A stretch of DNA of 63,289 nucleotides, filler included, from Octopus bimaculoides (Eukaryota), in assembly GCF_001194135.2 (NCBI RefSeq). It is 11 parts of 11 records of this genome, joined end to end, with 100 filler letters (N's around TTAATTAATTAA, not from the genome) between each part and the next. Parts side by side here need not be neighbours in the genome. Positions count along the whole stretch, not along the records: positions 10,531 to 15,103 come from NC_068985.1; positions 15,204 to 21,667 come from NW_026373937.1; positions 21,768 to 28,902 come from NC_068986.1; 8 more parts are not named here. One strand, given 5' to 3'. The translations under genes and the position numbers were made by a program. The notes below the pieces were generated by a model. It did no database searches. It saw only the letters and a list, made by a program, of their open reading frames with translations, and was not told the origin of the DNA. This document shows, piece by piece, positions 11,915 through 25,669 of the stretch. Numbering within the stretch: the stretch's first letter is position 1; the number at the start of each line of letters is the position of its first letter.

Positions 11915-12470
11915 GGAGCTCAATCAACCACAACCATTTGTGAAACGTGACTTTAATCTAGTCTTCACTTTTCTAGAATCTCCTCTCCTTGTAGACAATT
12001 CATGATAAAATAACAATTTTTTTTTACATTGCTTTCATGAACATACCTGATAAAACCAATTAATAATGAACAAGACGAAATATCTGTATTCTCATCAAAG
12101 TGCATTGAAGACTTTAATTAATTATTCAAGTATATGTCCAGGAAGATAATCGATTCTTCTTCGAATAGTGTTATTTCAAAGTGAAATAGAATTTAACTGC
12201 TTTACACATATTCTTTTCTGCATACTTTTTATTTCCTTTTGATTCGTCCATTGTAAAATCCGATCTTTTCAAATACTAACTGTTCATTTATATAATTGTT
12301 TTATTTATTTGCAATTTTATACATCTCTTCACATGTGGTTTCATCAGAAGCCAATAACTGTTGCCAAGACTGCAGGTTGAAAATATGCTTTCTGTTGAAA
12401 TTATGATCGTTCTTTTATAACGCAGGATGATATTTCATTAAAAAAAAATTATTTTTAATCTTCCTAGTTT
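11915..12470 (-). mobile_element. Degenerate hAT (Buster/Charlie-like) transposase fragment
   Basis: Minus-strand pieces read NNTIRRRID and DENTDISSCSLLIGFIRYVHESNV..LLFYHEL, matching the LSNNTVxRRI...LDESTDV...RYV block; many stops and frameshifts. Confidence 0.75.
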
Positions 12471-13177
12471 TAAACTTTCATTCTTCTTTCGATTCTCTGA
12501 AGCGTAATGGTTATATGACAAGTTCCCGTTTCTTTACACAGTTCTTTGAAAAAAAGTCTTTTTATTGACCTCTACAAGTTGAGCTGCAAGTATTGGGTAG
12601 GAGACGGCGGACAAGGCAGTATTCCAAAGCAAGATCTGTTTCTCACATTCAAATATAGTTTAGCTGATCAAAGTAACTTTAGTTCATCCCGTTCTCATTC
12701 TCAAGTGGTTGAGTGTCTCCCATAGTATCCATAGTGCTTCTGAGCCAGGAGGATCCTCAGTAAGAGGAACTTACATGTAAGTTAGAGGTGGGGGTCGTTC
12801 TCAAGCTTTTCCATCGAGAGTTAGGGTATGGTTTCTTTCTGAGATATTGTTAGAGTCTGGTTTCTTCCCGAGATATTTAGAGACTGGACATGGCAGAGGA
12901 AGCTTCTTCACTTCAATCATTGGGCTTAGGGTTGACTTCGAGGAAAAAAGAGGTGTTTATCACTAATTACCTTAGTCGTCTCGACTCGACTGGCCACTTC
13001 CCGTCTAATATCAGCAAAATCAATGCCAATGAGAAAGTGCAGGTTGTTTGTGTCAGTGATTTTCATGCAACCAGCTATCAAGCAACTGGAGTTGTACAAA
13101 TGCTGGGGAAAGTTTCTTGGCATAGATTGATCTCGCCCCAGACAGAACACGCGCACTCCGCACAAGGTGTATTGCAC

Positions 13178-13392
13178 GATACAGACAAGCAAATGATATT
13201 TTCGAACGAAGTGTCATCGTTAAAAGAGCAAAAAATTTGGATATCATTACCCTTACAAGGCGGAAAAAGTTGTCAACAAACAGCCATGGTTGTTTGATAA
13301 CATTTTTCGCCTTGCAAGGGTAATAATATCCAATTTATCTGCTGCATTAATGGCAATACTGCATTCGAAAATATCACTTTCATGTCTGTATC
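13178..13392. repeat. Diverged spacerless inverted duplication centred on CCATGG (13284-13289)
   Basis: GATACAGAC...GATATTTTCGAA...TTGGATAT.ATTACCCTT.CAAGGCG occurs on both strands; about 20 substitutions over ~105 bp by eye. Confidence 0.9.
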
Positions 13393-14311
13393 ATATAATA
13401 TCGATATGCAAATTAGGAACTCCTTCATAGAGTAACAGCTGCATTTGTTGAGTATATAAACAGTTTGGCTGCATTGATTCGAACCCCCCATAAGGTTCGA
13501 AAATTGATTAAGGTTGCTCATCATTTTTTTTTCAGTTTGCGGAGAAATGGCTAAAATTTGGCCTGTTCGTAATTATGCCATATGTTATGTGTACGTATGT
13601 ATANNNNNNNNNNNNNNNNNNNNNNNNNNNNNNNNNNNNNNNNNNNNNNNNNNNNNNNNNNNNNNNNNNNNNNNNNNNNNNNNNNNNNNNNNNNNNNNNN
13701 NNNNNNNNNNNNNNNNNNNNNNNNNNNNNNNNNNNNNNNNNNNNNNNNNNNNNNNNNNNNNNNNNNNNNNNNNNNNNNNNNNNNNNNNNNNNNNNNNNNN
13801 NNNNNNNNNNNNNNNNNNNNNNNNNNNNNNNNNNNNNNNNNNNNNNNNNNNNNNNNNNNNNNNNNNNNNNNNNNNNNNNNNNNNNNNNNNNNNNNNNNNN
13901 NNNNNNNNNNNNNNNNNNNNNNNNNNNNNNNNNNNNNNNNNNNNNNNNNNNNNNNNNNNNTATATATATATATATATATATATATGCATGTCTCTCACTT
14001 TCTCGCTCTCTCTATATATATACACGTATATATACATTATACATACATACAAACACACACACACACATATGTATATGCAGTAACAAACAAAAAACATAAA
14101 TTTTACAGATATTTCATAAGATAATTACTTTCTACAGCTGTTTCGTTAATAATGAATATGATTAATTCTATACTTAAGTAACTAAATCAGATAATTAATG
14201 AAAATGAATTCATATTAAATGTTTTGAATCAATGTTTTCCCAAATCATTAGAAATATCACCGGCTATGCTAGTCATGCGCCGTTGCTGTTTTGAATATAT
14301 GTATGGGTGTA

Positions 14312-14534
14312 TATGATGGGGTGCTGAAAAGTTTCTGGCTTTAAGGGTATCGCCAAAGGCCTGGTTGGAAGCGCAACCTTCAGAGTTCTTTTACAGGGCT
14401 TAAAAAAATGTGAAGGACCGCTGCAATAAGTGTATGAATCTGAGAGGGGAATATGTTGAATAAAAATCATAATTAACTGATCTTCCTGTATTTTTTTTTA
14501 CCCAAAACCAGGAACCGTTCAGCACCCTCTCGTG
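14312..14534 (+). mobile_element. Mariner-derived MITE
   Basis: Imperfect TIRs (GGGGTGCTGAAAAGTTTCTGG / CCAGGAACCGTTCAGCACCC) around a remnant of the mariner C-terminus (GL..EGRCNKC..L.GEYVE). Confidence 0.7.
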
Positions 14535-15032
14535 TGTATGTGCGCATGTGCGTATGTTTATACACACACACAAACACACACATGTATAACTATAATGCCT
14601 TGGAAGTAATTTTTAGGTTACTTCGTTAAATTCTTGCTTTAAATATTCATTCTTGATGTACTCTAAAGAATAATTACGTTAATATTTCTGAGTACAACTA
14701 AGCCCTGTATTGGTCGATGTTCTTTTGTATTAGTTCTAACAGATCGAACAAAGCATGAAGATTGATAAAAAAACTCTAAGAAAAAGTATTCTCAGAGATG
14801 ATTTGATTGAAGAAGACAACATAATTTTAAAATAGCAGAATATATTTACTTCCCCAAATATAAAGACACAGAAATCTAAAATGTAAGATACGAGCATTAA
14901 AATCAGATACTACATACACTCACATACGCATACCACTCACATACACCAAACGCACACACACACACACCACTCACATACGCAATGCACACATATATATGCA
15001 TACATACACATACATACATACATACATGTGTG

Positions 15033-15103
<71 letters not shown>

Positions 15104-15251
15104 NNNNNNNNNNNNNNNNNNNNNNNNNNNNNNNNNNNNNNNNNNNNTTAATTAATTAANNNNNNNNNNNNNNNNNNNNNNNNNNNNNNNNNNNNNNNNN
15201 NNNGACCTAGCGACACAAACACACAGAGGAACACATACACACTCAAACATA

Positions 15252-15299
<48 letters not shown>

Positions 15300-16567
15300 C
15301 ATACATGTTTTATCATCATAAGCATCAGCATCAAAGCCATCATCGTCTTATCGGGATCGTTAATATCACCACCACAACCATCACCATCCACCATCATTAG
15401 CATCATCATCACCACCACCACCATCATCATTGTCACCAGCATCATCGTCATCATCATCATCACCACCACCACCAACAACAACAACACTATCATTCTCATC
15501 ATCATCATTATCATCATCATTAATGAGGTGCATTTGAACGAATCCGCTCAACCAGGACTGACGATAATGCACCACCACCACCACCACCACCACCACACCA
15601 CCACCACATCACCACCACCCCAACACCAGCAAGCCGTATTCTTGGTCAGGAGGGCGGTCAGGTAATAGATACATAGCCGGGGGCAACATATATCATCAGT
15701 GGACACCCAGGCACAAACGGGACCCATTTAAGGGTCAGCTTTGTGAGAAGTCTGAGCTGCGAAGCTACAGAGGAGAAAAAAGGGGACAACCACCACCTCA
15801 ACAACAACAACAACAACATCAAAGTAACTCTTTCTTTTCTTCGAGTTTCTTTTTCTTGACCGGTGGCGGTGGTGGTGGTGGTTTCGGTTGGGGTGGGGGG
15901 TGGGTCGCCATTTTGTTTATAGCGCAGCCCCTTTCTGGTAATTGCTACCCCTTAGTTACCCCAGCTCTCTCCTTCACTAGATTTGACCCCATCAGAGAGA
16001 GGGTCACTAAACGACCCGTTCTAATGTATGGAGAGAGCAAAAATTGTTGCTGTTGTTGTTGTTGTTTAGCCATGGGTCAGCACTAACCGGATAAAGGTTT
16101 TGAGGTATCATGATAGGTAAGACGATTATCGTTGTTGTTGTTGTTGTTGTTGTTCGCCTGCCCCATGTCGGTCGCAACGGCGCAGGTTTAGGGTGTACAA
16201 TCAGGGTGTTACTTTCAGCTTGAATATATTTAATGGGGGGGGGGGGATGTAAAAATATATAAATAATTATATGGTGAGACGGGTAGACAGAGTGGGTAGA
16301 TGGACAGATGGATGGATATACAGATAGATGGATAGATAGATAGACAGACAGAGATACATATATATATATATATATATATATAGTGAGAGAGAGAGAGAGA
16401 GATAGGCCAGAATGATAGATAGATAAATAAATAGACGGACAGGCCGATAGACAGATAGACATACAGACAGATAGATAGATAGATAATTAGATAGATAGAT
16501 GGATGGATGGATAACTAGACAGACAGACAGACATACACGCAGACAGACAGATAATTAGATAGATGGT

Positions 16568-16598
<31 letters not shown>

Positions 16599-16987
16599 GT
16601 AGATAGATCAGAACGATAGATAGAGAGAGAGAGAGCGAGATAGGTGTATAGATAGACAGATGGGTGGATAGATAAATACCGCGGTTGATAAATCGATAGA
16701 TCGGTAGAAAGGTAGTTAGATTTCCTAAGTAGGTAGGTAGGTAAGTGCATAAGCAGATAGGTAGGTAAGTAGGCAAAATAGATAATTATATAGGTCGTAT
16801 TTGAACTCAGAAAATAAAGAGCCGGCATGAATACCGCAAACCATTTTGCTGAAGCTCCAATGTTCCGTTAACCATTAATCTGCCGCCTTGTTACTGCCGC
16901 TACAACTGCTGTTGTGTGTGTATGTGAGAGAGAGTGTGTGTGTGTATGTATGTGTGTGTGTGTGTGTGTATGTGTGTGTGTGTATAC

Positions 16988-17185
16988 TTTTACTTGTTTC
17001 AGTCATTTGACTGCGGCCATGCTGGAGCACTGCCTTGAAGGGTTTTAGTCGAATAATTCGATCCCAGGACGTATCCTTTCTAAGCCTAGTATTTATTCTA
17101 TCAATCATTTTTTGCTGAACCGCTAAGGTTACGGGGACATAAACACACCAACATCGGTTGTCAAGTAATGGCCGAGGGACAAACA
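16988..17185 (-). mobile_element. SINE family B tail
   Basis: TTTACTTGTTTCAGTCATTTGACTGCGGCCATGCTGGAGCAC. Confidence 0.85.
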
Positions 17186-17528
17186 CACACACACACACAC
17201 ACACATTGTTTATATAGCCGCCGCATGCATCGGTGTTTAGTTATCAAATATACCAATTTACATATTAAACGCATTCCTGGAGTTGATACGTAAATATTAA
17301 TGATTTGTAGGCACGTGGTATTTCGTTATGCAAACTTGGTATACTATAACGTATATGAAACGTTTTTATAAGTCAATACAACGTCCTACTGTGTTAGCAG
17401 AGCTATTTACATTATTTTATGAAGGTTATTTCTCCAGATATTCAATGGAAATTGTAACCAGCACTGATTTTTCACTGCAACGTTTCTCAAGGAGAAATGC
17501 TGTTCGTTGTTGTAGAGTTCTTCGTATT

Positions 17529-17720
17529 GTGTGGGGTATTTTGAGTAAAGTCTAGCTTGAGTTAAGTGCAATTTGAGTGCAGTGTTATGTGAGGTATTTT
17601 GAGTAAAGTCTAGCTTGAGTTAAGCGCAATTTGAGTGCAGTGTTATGTGGGGCATTTTGAGTAAAGTCTACCTTGAGTTAAGTGCAGTTTGGGTGCAGTG
17701 TTATGTGGGGTATATTGAGT
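17529..17720. repeat. 58-bp minisatellite, about 3.3 units
   Basis: GAGTAAAGTC at 17543, 17601, 17659; degenerate unit at 17717. Confidence 0.9.
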
Positions 17721-18822
17721 GAAATATCGCTGTAATTTTCTGTACTGTGGTTTCGTTTAGCGTGAGTAAAGTCTAATGTATTGTGTGTGTTGGTGTGTGT
17801 GTGTGGTTCGCCAGTCAAGTGTGGAGTGGTAACTACTGTCAGTGGTGGTGGTGATGGTCTTCAGTGGCAGGGGGGGAGGCCCCTACCCTAACCCCCTCCT
17901 TTCCTCGCCCATCCTATCCTCAGGCAAAGCACCAACTGAGCAGGACTCTCCCTTCCTTTCACGTGCGTTTCTCCTTTCATTGACTGGAGTTTGTTGTTGT
18001 TGTTGCTGTTGGGGTCTCTTACACTGAGCGATTTATTCACACACACACAGATACAAACACACACACAGATACACACACAGATACACACACACAGATACAC
18101 ACACACACATAAATACACACAGAAGCAACGGAAACAAAACGCCTCCGTTAAAGAAAAATTAAACTCCTCCAAACCATCACCATCATCGTCATTATCGTCA
18201 TCACCACCAGCATCACCACCACGACCACCACCCTCACTATCATTACCGTCGTCATCACCACTGCTGCCATCATCATCATCATCATTATCATCATAATCAT
18301 CATCATCATCGTCATCTTCATTACCCAATCATCATCGTCATCATCATCACCACCATCACCATCATCATCATCATCGATTGTCATCGGCACCTCAGCCTGG
18401 GGATGTTTGATTTACCAGTCAACGGTGTCCAAGGCGGGTGTAAAGCGGGTATGAATCGGGTGCGGAACGTGTGTTGNNNNNNNNNNNNNNNNNNNNNNNN
18501 NNNNNNNNNNNNNNNNNNNNNNNNNNNNNNNNNNNNNNNNNNNNNNNNNNNNNNNNNNNNNNNNGGAGGGGGTGGGACGACGTTGTGTGTGTGAAGCCTC
18601 CGTTCGTATTTTGTCGGGGGAGTTATTTTCCTTCCCCTGTTTTCAAATTTAACCCTCAATATACCCCAGAAGTGCTATCTTGATATATGATAGGATATAT
18701 CTCATTGATATACACTTGATATGATATGATATGATATGATACACACACACATACACACGCGCACACACACACACACAGATATATGTCTGTATATCTCTCT
18801 CTCTCTCTCTATGTATATATAT

Positions 18823-18869
<47 letters not shown>

Positions 18870-19062
18870 TAGAAAATCCATACTTTCCCTTGTACACACA
18901 AATATATATATACACATACACACACTATATATATATATATATATATATAGTGTATGTATATATGTATAGATAGTGTATGTACATTTATGTATGCATATAT
19001 ATATATATACATTTATATATATATGAAGGTAAGTATGGATTTTTTATATATGAGTGTGTGTG

Positions 19063-19173
<111 letters not shown>

Positions 19174-19177
19174 TGTA

Positions 19178-19490
19178 AGCCTAGTACTTAGGATATCTGT
19201 CTCTTGCAGAACCGCTAGGTTACGGGGACGTAAACACACCAACATCGATTGTCAGGGGTGAGGGGAGAAACACACACACACACACACACACACTCACACA
19301 CACACACACATACATACACATATGTATACGACGGGCTTCTTTCAATTTCCATCTACCAAATTCACTCACAAGGCTTTGGTCGGCCCAAAGCTATAGTAGA
19401 AGACACTTGCCTAAGGTACCACGCAGTGGGACTGAACCCGGAACCATGTGGCTGGTAAGCAAGCTACTTACCACACAGCCACGCCTGTGC
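19178..19490 (-). mobile_element. SINE family B
   Basis: Head and CORE-like part at 19325-19490; tail remnant at 19178-19270. Confidence 0.85.
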
Positions 19491-19499
19491 CTATATATC

Positions 19500-20534
19500 T
19501 ATCTATCTAGCTCTATGTATATATATTAGTTATTAGTTTTACATGTGTGTGTGTGTGTGAGTTTGTGTGTGTGTGTGTGCACAGGAATGTATCTAGTCAT
19601 TTGTGTGTGTGTGTGTAAGTGTGTGTGTGTGAAGGGTAGAGAGAGAGAGAGAGAAGGGAGAGAGACAGACAGACAGACAGACAGAAAGGTGTAGTGAGGG
19701 TAACAGGGAAAGTTAAGGCGTGCTTGTGTGTATGTATGCATGTATGCACATTGAATGTGTGTAGGAAAACGCATGTGTGGCTGAGAAAATACTGTGAATG
19801 CGCGCGTGTGTATGAGCGGGTGTGCGTACACGTATTTATGCGTGTGAAAGCTATTATAGTTGTGTGTGTATGTGTGTATGTGTGTGTGTAAATGTTTGGC
19901 CGTGCGGGTGTATGTGCATGTGTCAGGAAATGTGTACGTGTGTGTATTTGTGTGTGTGTGTACGTCCATGTATGTGTATATACGTAATTGTTCTTGTGTA
20001 AGGTAAGACGTGTATGTGTATGTGTGTGTGTGTGTGTGTGATAATGGATGTATTTAGGTGTGTGAGAATTATGTGTATGTATGTGCGTGCATATATATAT
20101 GTGTGTGTGTTTGTATGGATGTGTGGTGATGTGTGTATAATTTCCATGTGTGTGTGTGTGTGTGTCCATACGTATTTATGTGCGTAAAATATAATAGTTA
20201 TGTGTGTGTGTGTGTGTGTGTATTTGTGAGTGTGGGATGCAATATGTATGTGTATAACTGTAGTAGTGTGTGAGGGAGGGAGTGTATGTGTGCATGTGTA
20301 TTTGTGTGTATAACAAGTGTATGTGTGTGGGAACGTATTTATGCGTTTGATGGTGTATGTGTGAATGTGTGTGTATGTGAGAGAGAGAGAGAGAGAGAGA
20401 GACATACAGACAGACAGACACAGTGTGAGAAATAGAGACATACAGACAGTGTGTGTGTGTGTGAGAAAGAGAGAGACGGACAGACAGACAAGCAGATAGG
20501 CAGTGTGAGGGAGGGTGTGAGACTGAGTGAATGC

Positions 20535-20573
<39 letters not shown>

Positions 20574-20822
20574 AGGAAATGTGAACCTGTGTGGGAATGT
20601 GTGAGTGATGGTGTGAGTTTGTGTGTGTCATTGTGTGTGTGTGTGTGTGTGTGTGTGTGGTAGTATATATATGATTGCGTGTGTGATTGTATATGAATGT
20701 GTGTGTAGTGTGTGAATGTGTGTGTAGTGTGTGTGTGTGTGAATGAAAGTGTGTATGTATGAAAGAGAAAGAGAAAGAGAACTTGTGCGTATAAACGTGT
20801 GTGTGGTAGTGTGTGTGTGTGT

Positions 20823-20872
<50 letters not shown>

Positions 20873-20892
20873 GTGTATGTGTGTGTATGGGA

Positions 20893-20931
<39 letters not shown>

Positions 20932-21353
20932 GGCGTTTCTGGTAGTGTATGTTTATGTGAGAGAGCACTGGGTATGAGACGGAGGGGTGAGATAAAGAGA
21001 AAAAGAGAGAGTGTATATGTGTGTGTGTGTGCGTATATACACGTGTGTCTGTGTGTGTGAAATAGAGAGAGAGCGAGAGAGAGAAAGTGAGAAAGTGTGT
21101 CTGTGTGTGTCTATTCATAGATATCTGTATGTGTATGTGAGTGTGGTAGTGTGTGTGTGTGGTTTTGTGTATATGTGTATATTCATAGCTACGTGCATGT
21201 GTGTGTGTGTGTGTGTGTGTGCGTCTGGTAGTGTATATACGCACACATATACACTTTCTCTTTTTCTTTTTATCTCACCCCTCCCTCTCATACACAATAC
21301 TGTTTCACATACACTACCAGAAACGCTTATACACACACACACACACACAACCG

Positions 21354-21384
<31 letters not shown>

Positions 21385-21485
21385 CCTCTCTCTCTCTCTC
21401 ATGCACAAACACTACCACGCACACTTGTGTACGTATGTGTGGTAGTGTGTGTGTGTGTGTGTGATTGAATGTGAGCGTGTAAGCG

Positions 21486-21521
<36 letters not shown>

Positions 21522-21600
21522 CGTGTGAGCGCGTGTGTATGTATGTGTGTGTGTGTGTGCGTGTGTGTGCGTTGAGTGTGGCAGGCGGTCAGTCAGCACA
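19500..21600. repeat. Compound (TG)n/(AG)n/(TA)n microsatellite field
   Basis: About 2 kb almost entirely of dinucleotide repeats. Confidence 0.9.
20788..21433. repeat. Inverted repeat embedded in microsatellite tract
   Basis: Non-simple words GCGTTTCTGGTAGTGTATGT and GAGGGGTGAGATAAA.AGAAAAAGAGA recur in reverse complement (20788-21042 vs 21231-21433). Confidence 0.8.
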
Positions 21601-22244
21601 CACAAGTACACGCTAAGCATTCATTAAACGCTGTGCTCGTTGTGAGAAGCACCAGTCTTTTTAGAATNNNNNNNNNNNNNNNNNNNNNNNNNNNNNNNNN
21701 NNNNNNNNNNNTTAATTAATTAANNNNNNNNNNNNNNNNNNNNNNNNNNNNNNNNNNNNNNNNNNNNCGGTGCAGTCGTTAATTACGAATGATATTTAAT
21801 AAATAAGATAACAATGATGATGATGACGATAATAAAGACGACGTTGCTGTCATTGCTGCTGCTGCTGTTGCTGCTGCTTCTGTTCTTGTTTCTATCGTTG
21901 TTCTTCTTCTTGTCGCTGCTGCTGCTGTAGATATTTTTACTGTTGTTGTGGTTGTTGTTAAAAAAAATCGAATGATGATGACGACGATGACGACGACAGC
22001 GTCAACGACGATGGTGATTATGATGATTATAAAGACAATGGCTGATGAACTTCTGTTTTCTTATTCTTTACAACGATGGTGATGATCATCATCATGGCCT
22101 ATTTTGCAGCTGTTGCTGTTATGAGAGTAGCCTAACCACTTCCGAACACTAACGCTGCAATCTCATTGGTCCAGCAATCTAGAGCACCAAAATATTTGTT
22201 ATATATATATATTTCTGCGACCATTTCTGCGACAATTTCTGCGA

Positions 22245-22590
22245 CCACACCTAACTCCCTAGACTGCAGCCCCCTTGATTATTATGTGTGGGGCGCAGTT
22301 TAGTGAGGGACCAACAAAACTCCTTGTAACACCAAAGATGAACTGAAGGCAAGGGTTATGGCAGCATTCACCAACTTAAACAAGGAGGCCGTCCAGAAGA
22401 GGTGCAGGAGATTCTGAAGTTGTCTGGAAGCCGTGGTTGGAGCCAATGGCGATTTTGTTGAATAAATTTACTCTTTAGCATTTCAAGATATTTTTATGTA
22501 ATTTTGGTTAAAATATCTGTTAAAATGAGATGTCGGTGTTATTTTCATTTTGCGTAATTTAGACGACAAGATATTCACCGCACCTTTCAT
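22245..22590 (+). mobile_element. Tc1/mariner transposase C-terminal fragment
   Basis: PNSLDCSPLDYYVWGAV..NTKDELKARVMAAF...LEAVVGANGDFVE* with internal stops. Confidence 0.8.
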
Positions 22591-22645
22591 ATAAATATAT
22601 ATACATACGTTTAACTATATATGTGTATGCTTAACTATATATGCA

Positions 22646-22681
<36 letters not shown>

Positions 22682-23124
22682 NNNNNNNNNNTGTGTGTGC
22701 GTGTGTGTGTGTGCAGCCATACTTGTAAAGACATACATATTAATATGAAGAAAGAACTAATAATAAGACAGGAAAAACATAAATCAAATAAAGAATACAA
22801 TAGAGACAGAAAACAGAGCATTCGTCATTACTAAGTTATTGTATTTGTCGCCATCTTCAAGTTTTGTCGAATTTTCTGGAATTGTTTTAGTTCATTTTTG
22901 TTTCTTAGTCCAATACATATTTCCATTGTGTGTGTATATTGCTTGTGTAATCACGGCTGGTGGACTAGCAATGGTCTTATTTAACTAACTGAGTAAATTC
23001 GGACGGCAGTAACAGGAATGATTGAACAAAAGAAAATATAAAATGGGGTCAGAGAAAATAGCAGAGAGTTTGGGTCTGACGACAAGAGAAATATAACGAG
23101 GCAAGCAAATTCATATATATATAC

Positions 23125-23166
<42 letters not shown>

Positions 23167-23213
23167 ATATATACACACACACATTTATATACACACGTAT
23201 ACATATGTGTGTG

Positions 23214-23264
<51 letters not shown>

Positions 23265-23714
23265 NNNNNNNNNNNNNNNNNNNNNNNNNNNNNNNNNNNN
23301 NNNNNNNNNNNNNNNNNNNNNNNNNNNNNNNNNNNNNNNNNNNNNNNNNNNNNNNNNNNNNNNNNNNNNNNNNNNNNNNNNNNNNNNNNNNNNNNNNNNN
23401 NNNNNNNNNNNNNNNNNNNNNNNNNNNNNNNNNNNNNNNNNNNNNNNNNNNNNNNNNNNNNNNNNNNNNNNNNNNNNNNNNNNNNNNNNNNNNNNCACTA
23501 TGAGGGAATGAAAAATAAAAACATTTACTATCTAGCTCCTGAACCATGGTTGCTGACCATCCTGTGATGGATACCTCTTATGTGTTTAAATGTACACTGT
23601 ATTTATATGAAAAATATATAGTCTATGGACTAAATTTTTACACGCTAGGCCACTGGTAGTAGAAATTTCTAATATTTCTCATTACCCTTGATATTATTAA
23701 TTATAGTGATGCAT

Positions 23715-24263
23715 CATTTCACATGCACATTGTCAAGTTGACAGCAAAGTGCAGACAACTAGCAGGGTGGATACTGAGGACATTCAGAACAAGGGATCAA
23801 AAAGTCATGTTGTCTCTATGGAAGACATTTGTTCTGTGCCGCCTAGACTATTGCCACAGTCCAGCAGATGAACTACAGGGAGCGACTGCAGGCACTAGGT
23901 TTCTACTCCCTGGAGCGCAGGCGGGGGAGATATGTAATAATTTACATGTGGAAAATACTGGAAGGACTGGTACTAAATGTTGGCATCAAGTACTACACGA
24001 ATGCCTGCACAGGTCGCCACTGCATACTACCAAAGGTACCGTCCACTGCATCTCACATAAGAACATGGTATTGCAACAGCCTCGGTTTCAGAGGACCTCA
24101 GCTCTTTAATGCCCTTCCAAAACAATTGAGAGACCTGCAAGACATGGATGTAGAGGTCTTCAAAACAAAACTCGACACTTTCCTCTCCACGATACCAGAC
24201 GAACCGATGGCTCGAAATGAGACACAGTTGAGGGCAGCGATGACAAATTCTCTTATACACTAG
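23715..24263 (+). mobile_element. CR1-group LINE ORF2 3' fragment
   Basis: GWILRTFRTRD...LWKTFVLCRLDYC; YRERLQALGFYSLERRR; RGPQLFNALP...FKTKLDTFL..IPDEP. Confidence 0.85.
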
Positions 24264-24607
24264 ATGTGCCATCGAAAATCTTGATTGGACTACATCAGGT
24301 GGCAGAGAAGAGCCAAGCAAGGAACGTGCAGAGAGCACAGCATAAGAAGGGAAAGTCATGGTGGTGCTCCAGCACGACCGCAACCGGTTGGCTGAAACGC
24401 ATAAATAAATATATATTTATATATGCGCGTGTAAGTATGGATATGTGTATGTAGGTTTGCATTTGTAATATATAGCTGTATTTATATACTTCTATACGCA
24501 TCTTTGTATGCGCGCGCACGTGTGTGTATGTGTGTGAAACATGGTGATGATATGAGCAAACTGTAAATGAAGAAAGACAGACAGAGAGACAGTCCGATAG
24601 ATAGACT

Positions 24608-24643
<36 letters not shown>

Positions 24644-25084
24644 AGGAGAGAGAGAGAAGGAGAGAGAGAGAAGGAGAGAGAGAGAAGGAGAGAGAGAGAG
24701 AGAGCGTACATGTAATAGTAATAGGAAGGGAAAATATTGAAGAAGAAGAACAACAACAACAACAACAAAAGCAGCAGCAGCAGCAACAACAACAGTAACA
24801 ACAACGTTAGTTAATAGAAAACATCTGAAGGGATAGAGAATGAAGAAATGAAAACTTATCACTCGTTTTCCTTTAAAACTTATTTTTCGTCGCGCTGTAC
24901 ATTGATCTGTTTACAGCCGCCATTTTCTCTGATTTCTTTAGAGAGTTTCTGTAACGTATTTAGATGGGAAGTGGGTGCTATCCGTTAAGTCAATCTCCTT
25001 GTATTTCTTAGAAGCGGAAGAACCGCTATAAGTGACGATCTCATGATGTAGAGTTGTGGATTCTGAGAGACGGGGAAAGGGAAA

Positions 25085-25260
25085 ATTCGTCTGCATTTTT
25101 CGACAGCTATTATATTTTATTGACCCAGGGTGACAGGTATAATTGGTTTTGGCTTGATTTGAACTCAGAACACAAAGAGGTGGAACAAATTACTGCACGT
25201 ATTTTTTTTTTTCCGTTCAAAGCCAGATTTGGTTTAGGTATAATTTGAACTCACTACGTG
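25085..25260 (-). mobile_element. Degenerate SINE family A
   Basis: TTTATTGACCC...TTTGAACTCAGAAC segments. Confidence 0.45.
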
Positions 25261-25669
25261 AAGGATTATAGCTAAACAAAAAACGTTCTGAACAGCCTAC
25301 TCGACCGTCATGTTTTGTATCGAGCGTAAGGTAGAGGAGATAATTTCGTATTTGCTAATGAGGGATCTCTGTCGATCTGCTATGAGGATTCAGCTGTTCG
25401 ATCGAATGGATTACCTACTTCTGAATTAATGTGTATATGTACACCTCTAACATAATTTTCAAGAAGCAACAATATGATACAAAATGTGTGACAGGGTGTA
25501 ACCTTTTTTTAATTAGTGTAACACCCATAAAGCATCGAAAGTTATTCTGACTCAAGATATCATGCAGCAGGACCGAACCCAGGACTTCGGGACTTTTTAA
25601 CCAGTCAGCCATACTGCAGCTTATTTGATTTAGTCTCTCATGAGCCTCCAAGGACACACAAAGTCGGAG

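Noticed and set aside
15660-15760. Minus-strand VPGCP as the HGSNAT VPGCPTGYLGPGG exon
   Set aside because: No donor after CP, the surrounding residues do not match, and the intervening exons are absent.
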